From contig NZ_JADJNN010000008.1 of the NCBI RefSeq assembly GCF_016714285.1, forward strand, positions 196,669 through 260,668: a stretch of DNA of 64,000 nt, in the 5' to 3' direction. The stretch comes from Nannocystis sp. (GTDB lineage Bacteria; Myxococcota_A; Polyangia; Nannocystales; Nannocystaceae). Position 1 is the stretch's first letter. The number at the start of each line of letters is the position of its first letter. Under the pieces are notes generated by a model. That model did not search any database and was not told the origin of the DNA. It was given only the letters and a program-made list of their open reading frames with translations. Of this stretch, positions 9,902 through 19,249 are shown one piece after another. Both the position numbers and the translations under genes were made by a program.

Positions 9902-10945
9902 TCAGGGCTTGCTGGTGGGCTCGGGCGCGGGTGCGGGCGCGGGCGGGGCGGCAGCGGGCGGGGCAGTTGCATCGCTCGGGGCAGTTGCATCGCTCGGGCC
10001 TGCTGCCGACGCCGGGGTTGGCGTGGGCGGGGCCACCTTGCCGTCGACGAAGCGCGGGGCGTCGGGGCGGAGGCCGTGCGGGACCTCGACGCGCTCACCG
10101 ATCGTGACGAGGTCGCCGTAGCGGAGGATGTTGACGCGCGCGAGCAGGTCGGCGAACTCCCACGAGCTCTCGTAGTTGATGGCGCCGGGGAACTCGACCT
10201 TGCCGTCCTTGTCGGGCTTCGGGAGCTCGGCCTTGAAGGTCTTGGTGGGCGGGCCGTAGAGGCGGGTGAAGTTGGCGCTGGTCTCCTCGAAGTCCTTGAG
10301 CGCGAGGGCCTGATCCTTGTGGGTGCGCTGGTAGGAGGCGTGGCGCAGCGGGTAGCTGGCGTCGTCGAAGACGTAGAGGAGGCGGCCCGTCGAGGGCGTG
10401 CGGGCGCGGTCGCCGAGCTGGTCGCTGGAGACCTTGGGGCAGCTGAAGCGCAGCTGCGGGTTGGCCTCCCGCTTGCTGCGCTTGTTGACCCACGAGGCGG
10501 CGGTGACTGCATCCTCGCCGCGGGCCTTGGCGTCGGCGATGCGGGCCTTCTCGGACTCGCGGCGCTTGTCCATCATGGCCCGGATCGAGGTGTCGGCGCA
10601 CTTGAGGTTGCGCTTGTAGACGAGGCTCTCGATCTCCGGGAACATCGAGCTGCCGATCGTGGCCTCGAAGGCGACGGTGACCGGGGCGCGCGGGCCGGGG
10701 CCGGGGTCCTTGAACTCGAACTTCCACGCCTCGGGCGCCTGGCCGGGCAGCAGCGAGGACAGGCCGGCGAGCGGGTTCTTGTCGGTTGTGGGCGCGGTGT
10801 TCTCGGCGGGCGGCGGGGCCTGGGGCGTGGGCTCGCTGCAGGCGAGGAGGCCGAGCGCGAGGCCCGTGACGCCGACGAGGCCGGCGAAGTGAACGAGGCC
10901 AGGGACAGGAACGGAGCGGGTGCGCGAGCGGAGCGATGGGTGCAT
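9902..10945 (-). CDS. Hypothetical lipoprotein with C-terminal PSDATA repeats
   Basis: Signal peptide plus lipobox (LGLLAC). No recognisable catalytic domain. Confidence 0.5.
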   Translation of the reverse strand: MHPSLRSRTRSVPVPGLVHFAGLVGVTGLALGLLACSEPTPQAPPPAENTAPTTDKNPLAGLSSLLPGQAPEAWKFEFKDPGPGPRAPVTVAFEATIGSSMFPEIESLVYKRNLKCADTSIRAMMDKRRESEKARIADAKARGEDAVTAASWVNKRSKREANPQLRFSCPKVSSDQLGDRARTPSTGRLLYVFDDASYPLRHASYQRTHKDQALALKDFEETSANFTRLYGPPTKTFKAELPKPDKDGKVEFPGAINYESSWEFADLLARVNILRYGDLVTIGERVEVPHGLRPDAPRFVDGKVAPPTPTPASAAGPSDATAPSDATAPPAAAPPAPAPAPEPTSKP

Positions 10946-11054
10946 GGCCAGGGGTGAAGCTACCCAAAGTGCGGCGAAGCGCCGCCCGGGGGCTGGTGGA
11001 CGGAAAGCGCCGCCGTCGGCACGAGGTCGACGGCGGCGCGCGGAGGGCGAAGCC

Positions 11055-12113
11055 CTAGCACTTGTCGGGGTCGACGGTGACGATGTCGGCGCACAGCGGG
11101 CCGAGGGCGCCGGCGATGGCGTTCTGGTCGTCGGGGGTCACGCCCTTGTTGGTCATGGCGGTGAAGAGGTGACCGACGAGGGCGTCGAAGTCGGCCTTCT
11201 CGATGCCCATGGCCATCCCGTCGAGGAGGTCCTTGTGCGAGGTGATCATGTCGAGGCAGGGCTTGGCGGCGCCGACGTTTGGATCGGCGGGGGCCGGGGC
11301 GTCGACCTCCTTGCCGTAGATGTCGGCGATCGGCTTGGCGCCGCCGACGGTGGCGCTGGCGACCTGGCGGACCAGGCAGGTCTTGAGGCGCGTGAGGTCC
11401 GAGGTGGCGAAGAAGCTGTTGATGGTCGCGTCCATGGCCACGAGGGGGACGAAGCTGTCGGCGTCCTCGAGGCCGCCGATGACGCTGGCGATGCCGGGCT
11501 TGCGGCCGATCCGCTGGTAGACCGTGACGTCGTTGTTGGCGTCCTCGACGATGTCGGGGGCCATGCCGGCGAGCACGTCGATCACGGCGGCCTTGTCCTC
11601 GGCCGTGAGGGTCGCGACCTCGTCCATCGCCGCGCCGAAGTCGGTGGCGAGGTCGGTGAAGTCGGCGGTCGAGATGCCCATGCCCGCGTGGGCGGTCTTC
11701 ATGTCCATGCAGCCGTAGACGACGCCGGCGCAGCCGACCGCCGCGCCGACCTGGGTCGCGAGGCAGTTGGTGAGGTTGCCGCCGTCGACGTCGGTGGTGA
11801 GGAAGTAGGCGTTGATGCCCTCGTTGACGAGGACCTTGCCCACGAAGCTGTTGATCACGGCCTCGACGCCGGCCTGGCCGCCGAAGTTGGTGCAGATCGG
11901 GCCGTCGGCGGGCTCACCGGTGGAGCCGCTGCCGGTCGGGGTGTCGGTGGCGCTGCCGGTCGGGGTGTCGGTGGCGCTGGCCGTCTCGGTCGCGCTGGTC
12001 GGGCTGCCGGAGGTGCTTGCGTTTTCGGTGTCGTCGCCGCCGCCAACCACGCAGGCTGGCAGGAGGCCAACGGCGCCGACGAGGGCGAGGGATGTGAAGA
12101 TTCGAAGGGCCAT
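11055..12113 (-). CDS. Lipoprotein with two tandem truncated-haemoglobin (trHb, bacterial globin) domains
   Basis: ATG at 12113 with an AGGAG Shine-Dalgarno. Lipobox LLPAC. GSATDTPT linker. Two repeats of a trHb-like pattern (GG..Y.G..M...H.GMGI...FD). Confidence 0.55.
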   Translation of the reverse strand: MALRIFTSLALVGAVGLLPACVVGGGDDTENASTSGSPTSATETASATDTPTGSATDTPTGSGSTGEPADGPICTNFGGQAGVEAVINSFVGKVLVNEGINAYFLTTDVDGGNLTNCLATQVGAAVGCAGVVYGCMDMKTAHAGMGISTADFTDLATDFGAAMDEVATLTAEDKAAVIDVLAGMAPDIVEDANNDVTVYQRIGRKPGIASVIGGLEDADSFVPLVAMDATINSFFATSDLTRLKTCLVRQVASATVGGAKPIADIYGKEVDAPAPADPNVGAAKPCLDMITSHKDLLDGMAMGIEKADFDALVGHLFTAMTNKGVTPDDQNAIAGALGPLCADIVTVDPDKC

Positions 12114-12447
12114 GGGTTCAACTTCTCCTGGGTTAGTGGGTCGCAAGGTGCTTCGCGGGCGAACGCGGCCGGAGGACCCCGCGAGCGGGTCCGGCGTCCA
12201 AGAATGTGTCATGCGCTGCAGCGTCGCCCGGGCGCGAAGTACCTCCGCCCGCGGGCCAGTGTGCCACGGGTCGAGGGGCGAGTGCGTGTCGTGGGCCGCG
12301 TCGAGCTCGCGCTGGTGCGCTGGCAGTTGCGAGCGCGGCGCCGATGCGCAGCGGCTTGCGCGGGGTGTGGCGTGAGGGGCGGCGAGGATCATGGTCGCGG
12401 AGGTGCAGCGCCACGGCGTGGCCCGGGCGGCGGATCGCCGCGAGGGA

Positions 12448-12966
12448 TCAGCCGCGGCCGAGCATGATCCGCGCGCCGGCGATGAGCTGCTTGAGCTCCG
12501 GATCGGCGACGGCATCGAGCGCGCGACGGGTCTCCTCGTCGGGCTCGGGCGAGAAGCGGGGCGCTGGCAGGGGCGGCGGGAGCTGCGTCTCGGGCGGGCG
12601 GCGGATCGCCAGGGGCGGGACCTCGCCGAGCCGGACACGCAGGCTACGCAGGCGAATGCCAGGCGCGAGCTCGCCGAGGCGGCGCAGCAGATCCTGGCGC
12701 AGATAGGTCAGTTCGTGTAGCCACTGGCTGTCATGCACGTTCAAGGTGAGCAGATCGCCGGAGACGCTGGCGGGCCAGCTGTGGGCCTCGAGGGCGGCGC
12801 CGCCGGGGCCGGCGATCCGCGGCCACAGCTCGCGCACCTGCATGAGGCGGATGGTGTCGTCGCCGACGTGGCGGCGCACGAGCTCCCACAGCGCCGCGGC
12901 CATGGGCGAGGGGGCCTGGGGTCTTCCACGGGCGCGGGCGCGGGCCATGTCCGGGCAATCTGCCAC
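12448..12966 (-). CDS. DUF721 / DciA-like protein
   Basis: 172 aa. Central motif W..I.G...A.HS.P....GDLLTL.V.DS.W..EL resembles the DUF721 family. Confidence 0.4.
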   Translation of the reverse strand: MADCPDMARARARGRPQAPSPMAAALWELVRRHVGDDTIRLMQVRELWPRIAGPGGAALEAHSWPASVSGDLLTLNVHDSQWLHELTYLRQDLLRRLGELAPGIRLRSLRVRLGEVPPLAIRRPPETQLPPPLPAPRFSPEPDEETRRALDAVADPELKQLIAGARIMLGRG

Positions 12967-13189
12967 ATCCTCGCGGCGCTGGTGGTGCTGGCGGGGGGCT
13001 GCGCCGGGGACGGGGCGTGGCGACGGGTGTCGTCCTCGGCCTGCGCGCCCGATGGGCCGCCGCGGCTGTGTGTGTTGGCGGGGCCGGACGCGCCGCAGGT
13101 GCTGCGGATCGGCGGCGCGGCGCTGGTGCCGGGCGAGTGCGCGGAGGGCTCACGCGCCCGCGGTGGCCGTGTTCGCGTCGAGGTCGGCG

Positions 13190-13225
13190 ATGGTCGAGAC
13201 GGTGGTCGAGACGGTGGTCGCGTGG
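13190..13225. repeat. 12-bp tandem repeat (GGTCGAGACGGT x about 3)
   Basis: Read directly; intergenic between the DUF721 gene and the lipoprotein gene. Confidence 0.7.
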
Positions 13226-13352
13226 CCCGGCGCGTGCGGCTGCGTCGGGGGGAGACGGCGATGCTGGCGGCGCCCGCGGGGGAGATCGCGGTCTACGAGC
13301 GCCGGGCCTGCGTCGCGGGGCCGTGAGCGAAGGGCCGGGCGCGGTCGGGAAC

Positions 13353-13470
13353 TCAGGTGCGAAGGTCCCGAGGGACAGGTGCGAAGGGGCAGGTCCCGAG
13401 GGACAGGTGCGAAGGGGCAGGTTGCAACGGACAGGTGCGAATGCGCATGTCCCGAGGGACAGGTGATCGG
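13353..13470. repeat. 4 x 28-bp tandem repeat, each unit carrying a GTCCC-GA-GGGAC palindrome (member of the CCTGTCC/GGACAGG palindrome family)
   Basis: Units caggtgcgaaggggcaggtcccgagggacagg repeated with small changes; lies just 3' of the lipoprotein gene stop (13481). Confidence 0.75.
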
Positions 13471-13480
13471 GAGCAGGCTG

Positions 13481-15015
13481 TCAGCGCGGGAGCAGGCGGG
13501 CGTCGCGAGCGGCGAGGGCGAAGGCGCGGCGGCGGGCGTCGTCGCTGGCCGGGCTGTCGTCGATCGGGGCGGCGGCGGCGACGCGGAGGCGCAGGCCGGC
13601 GAGGCTCTCGTCGTCGAGGCGGGCCAGGAGATCGAGGAGCAGGCCGACGCGCATGGGATCGCGGGCGGGGGCGTCGAGCTCGCGGCGGAGCAGGGCGCGG
13701 GCGGCGTCGGGGCGGTCGCGCAGCAGCAGCGCGGCGCGGGCGAGGGCGTGGCGGCGGGTGAGCTCGGTGGGGCTGTTGGCGGCGGCGGTGGCGGTGTGGT
13801 GGTCGCCGTGGGGCTGCTCGCGGCGGTGCGCAGCCAGGTCGCGGCGAGCTCGGCGATCGCCTGGTCTTCGGGCCAGGTGAGGGGGACGCGGGGCGGTAGG
13901 GGGCGGCTGCCCTGCTCGGGCGGCGCGGGGCTCAGGGCGCGGGTCTCGTCGATGCGGCGCTCGAGCAGGTCGGCGTACTCGAGGAGGTCGCGGTCGGCGA
14001 GCTGGGCGCGCAGCATCTCGGCGACGGGGGCGACGCCGTGCGGGCTCGGGGGTTCGCCGGCGAGGAAGAGGGCGCGCTGGAACACGAGCTCGACGAAGCG
14101 GTGGTCGAACAGGCGGTCGAACTCGTGGAGGAGGGGGAGCAGGGCGCTTGGGCCCGGGCCGCCGCTGCGGGCGAGGCGTTCGGCGACGCCGCTGCCCTGG
14201 AGGTGTCGGCGGGTGCGCTGGTGTTCGACGGCGAGGAGGGCGTCGGCGCTGAAGTGCGGCGTGCGCTCGAGGGCGAGGACGGTGGTGAGGAGCTGGGCTT
14301 CGGTGCTGGCGAACAGGGCCTCGAGGCCGGCGACGCGGCGTTGCCAGTACATGCGACACAGCTCGCGGCCGAAGTGGAGGAAGCGACCGGCGAGCACGCG
14401 GGCGAGCGGGGGCAGGGGCTCGTCGGCGAGGCCGAGCTGCAGGAGGGCCTCGTGGTGGACGCGGGCGAGGTAGGCGGTGGCGCGGGTGCGTTGGTCCTGG
14501 GACAGGCCGCTCTGGGTCTGCTGGACGATCGCCAGCTGCACGGCGGCCAGCACCGCGTCGGTGACCGGGCTGACGGTGGCGGTGACGGGGTCGGGGAGCT
14601 CGGTGAGCGGGGCGAGGCTGGGGTCGGCGCGATCGAGGGCGACGAGGCGGGCGATGCCGGCGAGGTCGGGGGTGGCGGCGAGGCGGGGGGCGAGGGCGGC
14701 GGCGGCGGCGGGCGAGTCGGCCATGCGCAGGGCGTGGCGGAGGATCGCGGGGGTCGTGGGCGTGGTCGGGCAGAGGTCGAGGAGGATCGCGGCGTCGGGT
14801 GGGTGCACGGCGGCGGCGACGGCGAGCTGCTCGCAGGTGTCGATGCGCGCGGGCAGGGCGGCGGGCGCGGGGGCGGCAGGTGGTGGGACGGCGGCGACGG
14901 TGTGGCGCGCGAGCGGCTCGGGCAGGCCGGTGGGGTCGGGCTCGTCGGCGCAGGCCGACAGGGCGACCAGCGAGGCGACCAGCGAGGCGAGGACGAGGCG
15001 GCGCATGCGAATCAC
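13481..15015 (-). CDS. Hypothetical lipoprotein (LVALSAC lipobox); apparent frameshift near 13790-13810 in a Pro/Thr-rich tract
   Basis: The N-terminal 400+ aa are in the frame of ORF 13150..15015. The natural-looking C-terminus (...RHALARAALLLRDRPDAARALL...LLPR*) is in the frame of ORF 13481..15358. Junction falls in a ccaccgccgccgcc run. Confidence 0.5.
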
Positions 15016-15620
15016 TCGTCGACGAGGCGGCGGATGACCTCGCGGAGGCGGGTGACGCCGCCCATGTCGCGGGCCATGAACTCGATGCCGGCGCCGTGCT
15101 CGTGATCGGTGTTGCGAATGATCGCCTGGACCTCGAGCGGGCGGGCGCTGCCGGGGGGCGTGATCTCGACGATGAGCTCCTCGCCGACGGTGAGCGGGGT
15201 CGGCGTGAGCAGCAGGGCGCCGACCTCGGAGATCTCGGAGATGGTGGCGGCGGTGAAGTCGGACTCGCCCTGACGGCGCAGGCGGATCTCGACGAGCACG
15301 GGCTGACGGATGTGGCGGCGGCGCTGGTCGAACTTCGTGCGGCCGCTCGCGACATCACGCAGGAACTGCAGCTTGCGCCACTCGCTGCCGACGCAGCGGA
15401 GCACCCCGCCGGCGCGCACGCGCAGGCGCGGGCGGGCGTTGTGCCACTTCTTGCCGACGGCGCGGACCATCAGCTTGCCGGGCAGGCCGGTGAAGAAGAC
15501 CTCGCAGAGCAGCTCCTCGCCGGGCTCGAAGCGCTCGGTGGTGTAGACCTGCAGGCCCTGCTCCTCGCTGGGGAGCAGCGCGGCGATGAAGGCCTCTCCG
15601 GAGAGGTAGTGACAGCGGAT
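15012..15620 (-). CDS. PilZ domain protein (c-di-GMP binding)
   Basis: RxxxR (RRRHIR) and DxSxxG (DFTAATISEISEVG) motifs. No ATG; start probably TTG/GTG near 15620. Stop overlaps the upstream lipoprotein start. Confidence 0.5.
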   Translation of the reverse strand: MRCHYLSGEAFIAALLPSEEQGLQVYTTERFEPGEELLCEVFFTGLPGKLMVRAVGKKWHNARPRLRVRAGGVLRCVGSEWRKLQFLRDVASGRTKFDQRRRHIRQPVLVEIRLRRQGESDFTAATISEISEVGALLLTPTPLTVGEELIVEITPPGSARPLEVQAIIRNTDHEHGAGIEFMARDMGGVTRLREVIRRLVDE

Positions 15621-15720
15621 TCTTCGCAACGTGGAGTACGGTCCTGGTGCCCGGCGTGGGCGAGAGGCGATGCTCGTCGGCCGGCAAGGTAACAGCACCG
15701 GGCTCGCGCTCGCAAGCGCG

Positions 15721-15849
15721 GCGAGCGAGGATCGGCGCGGGCCGACGCGCGTGAGCGGCGCAGGCGGATCTTGCGGACCACGAGCGGCGGGCGCCGCGAG
15801 CGAGGATCGGCGCGGGCCGACGCGCGTGAGCGGCGCAGGCGGGTCTTGT
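15721..15849. repeat. Two copies of a 53-bp direct repeat (period about 76 bp) in the divergent PilZ / glycosyltransferase promoter region
   Basis: gcgagcgaggatcggcgcgggccgacgcgcgtgagcggcgcaggcgg(a/g)tcttg occurs at 15721 and 15797. The caggcggNtcttgYgg sub-motif occurs a third time near 15864. Confidence 0.8.
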
Positions 15850-15905
15850 GGTGTGGCGGGGCGGCGGGTCTTGCGGCGGGGCGGGGCGGCTGCCAAGGTG
15901 GCGGC

Positions 15906-16631
15906 GTGTCCGAGCCGAGCGAGCAGCGGCCGCTGGTCCTGATCCCGACGTACAACGAACGCGAGAACCTCGCGGCGATCGTGGCGGCGACGCTGGTCGC
16001 GTTGCCGACGGGGCGGATCCTCGTGATCGACGACGCGAGTCCTGACGGGACGGGCGCGCTGGCCGACGAGCTCGCGCTCGCCGAGCCGCGGGTGTCGGTG
16101 CTGCACCGGGCGGGCAAGCAGGGGCTCGGGCGGGCGTACCTCGACGGGTTTCGTCGCGGGCTCGCGGACCCGTGGCGGGCGACGCACTTCGTCAGCATGG
16201 ACGCCGACTTCTCGCACGACCCGAAGTACCTGCCGGGGCTGCTGGCGGCGTGCGCGGCCGGGGCCGACGTGGCGATCGGGTCGCGCTACGTCCGCGGCGG
16301 GGGCACGGTCGACTGGGGCTTCGGGCGGCGGCTGATCTCGCGGGCGGGCGGGCTGTACGCGCGGGCCCTGCTGGGCGTGCCGGTGCGCGACGTGACGGCG
16401 GGCTTCGTGTGCTACGCGCGGGCCGTGCTCGAGGACCTCGATCTCGCGGCGGTGGCGGCCAGCGGCTATGGGTTTCAGATCGAGATGAAGCACCGGGCGC
16501 ACCGCCGCGGCTTCGTGCTGCGCGAGCTGCCGATCGTGTTTCCGGACCGTACGCGCGGGACCTCGAAGATGACGCCAGCGATCGCGGCCGAGGCGCTGCG
16601 GCTGGTGTGGCGGCTGCGGCGAGCGGCGTGA
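15906..16631 (+). CDS. GT2 glycosyltransferase, polyprenol-phosphate mannose/glucose synthase-like (Dpm1/Ppm1 family)
   Basis: VLIPTYNERENL, VIDDASPDGT and DADFSHDP motifs. GTG start at 15906 preceded by AAGGTGG. The upstream Arg-rich part of the ORF is rejected. Confidence 0.75.
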   Translation: MSEPSEQRPLVLIPTYNERENLAAIVAATLVALPTGRILVIDDASPDGTGALADELALAEPRVSVLHRAGKQGLGRAYLDGFRRGLADPWRATHFVSMDADFSHDPKYLPGLLAACAAGADVAIGSRYVRGGGTVDWGFGRRLISRAGGLYARALLGVPVRDVTAGFVCYARAVLEDLDLAAVAASGYGFQIEMKHRAHRRGFVLRELPIVFPDRTRGTSKMTPAIAAEALRLVWRLRRAA

Positions 16632-16647
16632 GCGGAAGGAGTGAGGC

Positions 16648-17541
16648 GTGGCGAGTAAGGTCTATCTGTCCAGCGCGGGGCGTGTGCTCGATCCAGGGGA
16701 GGCGAGCGTCAGCGTGTTCGACCGCGGGTTCCTCTACGGCGACAGCGTGTACGAGACGCTGCGTACGGCGGGCGGGCGCCCGGTCGAGCTGGCGCGCCAC
16801 CTCGATCGCCTGCGCCGCAGCGCGCTGGGGATCGGGCTCGAGATCCCGTTCACGGACGTGGCGTTGCGGGCGGCGATCGCCGAGACGCACGCGGCCTCGG
16901 GCAACGCCGACAGCTACGTGCGGGTGATCGTGACCCGCGGGACGGGGCCGCTGATGCTCGACCCGCGGGTGTCGTCGTCGCCGCTGCTGGTGGTGCTGGT
17001 GCAGGAGCTGAAGCTGCCGACGGCGGCCCTGTACGAGGCGGGGCTGTCGGTGCGCATCGTCGATGTGCACAAGATCAGCGCGCGCTCGCTGGACCCGACG
17101 CTGAAGACGGGCAACTACCTCAACAGCATCCAGGCGCTGCGGCAGGCGGCCGAGAGCGCGGCCGAGGACGCGATCCTGTGCAGCCCCGCGGGCGACGTGG
17201 CCGAGGGGGCGACCAGCAACGTGTTCATGGTCCGCGCGGGCGAGCTGCTGACGCCGGCGCTGGCGACCGGGCTGCTCGAGGGGATCACGCGGGCGCTGGT
17301 GCTGGCGCTGGCGACGGAGCTGGGGATCGGGTGGCGCGAGACGAAGATCTGGCCGGACGAGCTGCGGGCGGCGGACGAGGTGTTCCTGACCTCGTCGGTG
17401 CGCGGGGCGATGCCGGTGACGACGCTCGACGGGCAGCGGGTCGGCGCGGGCGGGGTCGGGCCGGTGACGCGGCGGATCTTGATCCGGTATCAGGCGTACA
17501 TCGACGCGGTCGCGGGCGGGGCTGACGACCTGCTGCGCTGA
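16648..17541 (+). CDS. Class IV aminotransferase (branched-chain / D-amino acid aminotransferase or PabC-like lyase)
   Basis: 297 aa. Conserved fold-type-IV PLP enzyme blocks (FDRGFLYGD, catalytic Lys region, EGxTSN). Confidence 0.7.
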   Translation: MASKVYLSSAGRVLDPGEASVSVFDRGFLYGDSVYETLRTAGGRPVELARHLDRLRRSALGIGLEIPFTDVALRAAIAETHAASGNADSYVRVIVTRGTGPLMLDPRVSSSPLLVVLVQELKLPTAALYEAGLSVRIVDVHKISARSLDPTLKTGNYLNSIQALRQAAESAAEDAILCSPAGDVAEGATSNVFMVRAGELLTPALATGLLEGITRALVLALATELGIGWRETKIWPDELRAADEVFLTSSVRGAMPVTTLDGQRVGAGGVGPVTRRILIRYQAYIDAVAGGADDLLR

Positions 17542-17593
17542 GGCGGTATCAGGGGTCCGTCGAGGTCGCGGGCGGGGTTGACGACCTGCTGCG
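17484..17593. repeat. Tandem duplication of about 52 bp covering the 3' end and stop codon of the aminotransferase gene
   Basis: cggtatcagg...ggtcgcgggcgggg(c/t)tgacgacctgctgcgctgagg occurs twice back to back. Confidence 0.8.
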
Positions 17594-17601
17594 CTGAGGG
17601 C

Positions 17602-19245
17602 TCACGGGGCGTACTTGGTGAGCCACACGTCGGCGAACTGGCCGACGCGGTACTCCTCGCCGGCGGCGTAGATGTGGCCGCTGGCGTCGATAGCGACGGC
17701 GCGGGCGATGTCGTTGCCGGCGTCGACGCCGTCGTGGATCTGCGTCCACAGCTCGTCGCCGGCGGGGCTGTGCTTGCGGACCCAGGTGCGGGCGAAGTCG
17801 TTGGCGGTGTACTCCTCGCCGACGGCGATGAGGTTGCCGCTGGCGTCGAAGGCGACGCCGTGGCCGATGTCGTTGTCGCCGCCGTCGCTGTCCTGGATCT
17901 TCGCCCACACCTCGAAGCCGGAGGCGTTGTACTTGGCGCTCAGGATCGCGGCGAGGCCGGCGACCTCGTAGACCTCGCCGACGAGGCCGATGTTGCCGTC
18001 GTTGTCGACGGCGACGGCGTGCCAGAGGTCGTTGCCCTTCATGTGGTCGGCGGTGCGGGTCCACAGCTCCTTGCCGGCGGCGGAGTACTTGCGCAGCCAC
18101 AGGTCGGCGAGGCCGATCGGGACGTAGATGTTGCCGGCGACGATGAGGTCGCCGCCTTCGGTGAAGGCGACGGCGTTGCCGGCGTCGTTGCCGGCGTTGG
18201 CGTCGTAGGTGTCGGTCCAGATCTCGAGGCCGTCGGGGTCCATCAGGCGGGTCCAGACGTTGTGCAGGCCGATGAGCTTGTACTCCTCGCCGGTGACGGC
18301 GATGTTGCCCTGGGGATCGACGGCGACGCCGAAGGCGCGGTCGCCGAGGCCGGAGTCGCTGCTGTAGGTCATCTGCCACACGGGCTTGCTGTCGGGGCCG
18401 AGCTTGAGGAAGAGCATGTCGGCGCCGTCGCCCGCGACGTAGGTCTCGCCGACCATCACGAGGTCACCGTCGGGGGCGACCGCGACGGCGTGGAGGATGT
18501 CGTCGCCGTTGCTGTCGCCGTTCCAGCTGAAGCTCCACAGGATGTCGCCGTCGGGGCTGTACTTGCGGGCCCAGGCGTTGGCGTTCTCGCCGACGACGAA
18601 CTCCTCGCCGACGATGATCACGTTGCCGTCGGCGTCGACCGCGGCCCCGCGGGCGCGGGCGTTGCCGGCGTCGTCGCCGGGGTAGTACTCCGTCCACAGC
18701 TCGCTGCCCGACTGGACGCAGTCGACGTTGCAGCCGTCGCCGTCGACGGCGTTGCCGTCGTCGCAGGCCTCCGGTCCGTTGACCTCGGCGTCGCCGCAGT
18801 GCGGGCCGAGGGCGCTGCAGTCGGGCAGGCAGCCGCCGTAGGCGCCGTCGTTGGTGCCGTCGTCGCAGGCCTCGGCGCCGTTGACCTCGCCGTCGCCGCA
18901 GACCGACTCGGGGCAGACGCAGGGGCCGAGCTCGTCGCCGCCGTCGCTGCAGGTCTGGGTGCCGACCTGGCCTTCGGGACAGTCGCAGGCGACGGTCTGG
19001 CCGGGCTCGCAGACGGGCGTGCCGCCGCTGCTGCTGCCCGCACTGGCGCTGGCGCTGGCGCTGGTGGTGGGGAGGTCGCCGGTCGGGGTGTCGTCGCTGT
19101 CGCTGCTGGTGGTGGCGTTGCTCGTGCCGGTGCCGCTCTCGGAGGCGGAGGCGCTGCCGGAGGCGGAGCTGCTGTCGCCGCAGGCGGCGGCGAGGAGCAG
19201 GGTGGAGGCGAGGGTGGTGCGGGTGCGTGCGAGCATCGCCCGCAC
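17602..19245 (-). CDS. Lipoprotein with Myxococcus cysteine-rich repeats (CGDGxV..EACDDGN) followed by beta-propeller repeats
   Basis: Signal peptide/lipobox LLAAAC, three CxDG..CDDGN repeats, then repeated D.DGN..V.G beta-propeller blocks. Confidence 0.7.
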   Translation of the reverse strand: MRAMLARTRTTLASTLLLAAACGDSSSASGSASASESGTGTSNATTSSDSDDTPTGDLPTTSASASASAGSSSGGTPVCEPGQTVACDCPEGQVGTQTCSDGGDELGPCVCPESVCGDGEVNGAEACDDGTNDGAYGGCLPDCSALGPHCGDAEVNGPEACDDGNAVDGDGCNVDCVQSGSELWTEYYPGDDAGNARARGAAVDADGNVIIVGEEFVVGENANAWARKYSPDGDILWSFSWNGDSNGDDILHAVAVAPDGDLVMVGETYVAGDGADMLFLKLGPDSKPVWQMTYSSDSGLGDRAFGVAVDPQGNIAVTGEEYKLIGLHNVWTRLMDPDGLEIWTDTYDANAGNDAGNAVAFTEGGDLIVAGNIYVPIGLADLWLRKYSAAGKELWTRTADHMKGNDLWHAVAVDNDGNIGLVGEVYEVAGLAAILSAKYNASGFEVWAKIQDSDGGDNDIGHGVAFDASGNLIAVGEEYTANDFARTWVRKHSPAGDELWTQIHDGVDAGNDIARAVAIDASGHIYAAGEEYRVGQFADVWLTKYAP

Positions 19246-19249
19246 GATA

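Noticed and set aside
8390-10957. 855-aa plus-strand ORF
   Set aside because: Antisense to the AGCS symporter and lipoprotein genes; Gly/Ala/Asp low-complexity product.
13150-13480. C-terminal 110 aa of ORF 13150..15015
   Set aside because: This part translates the intergenic 28-bp/12-bp repeat arrays; a natural-looking C-terminus ending at 13481 exists in the adjacent frame, so the tail is treated as spurious.
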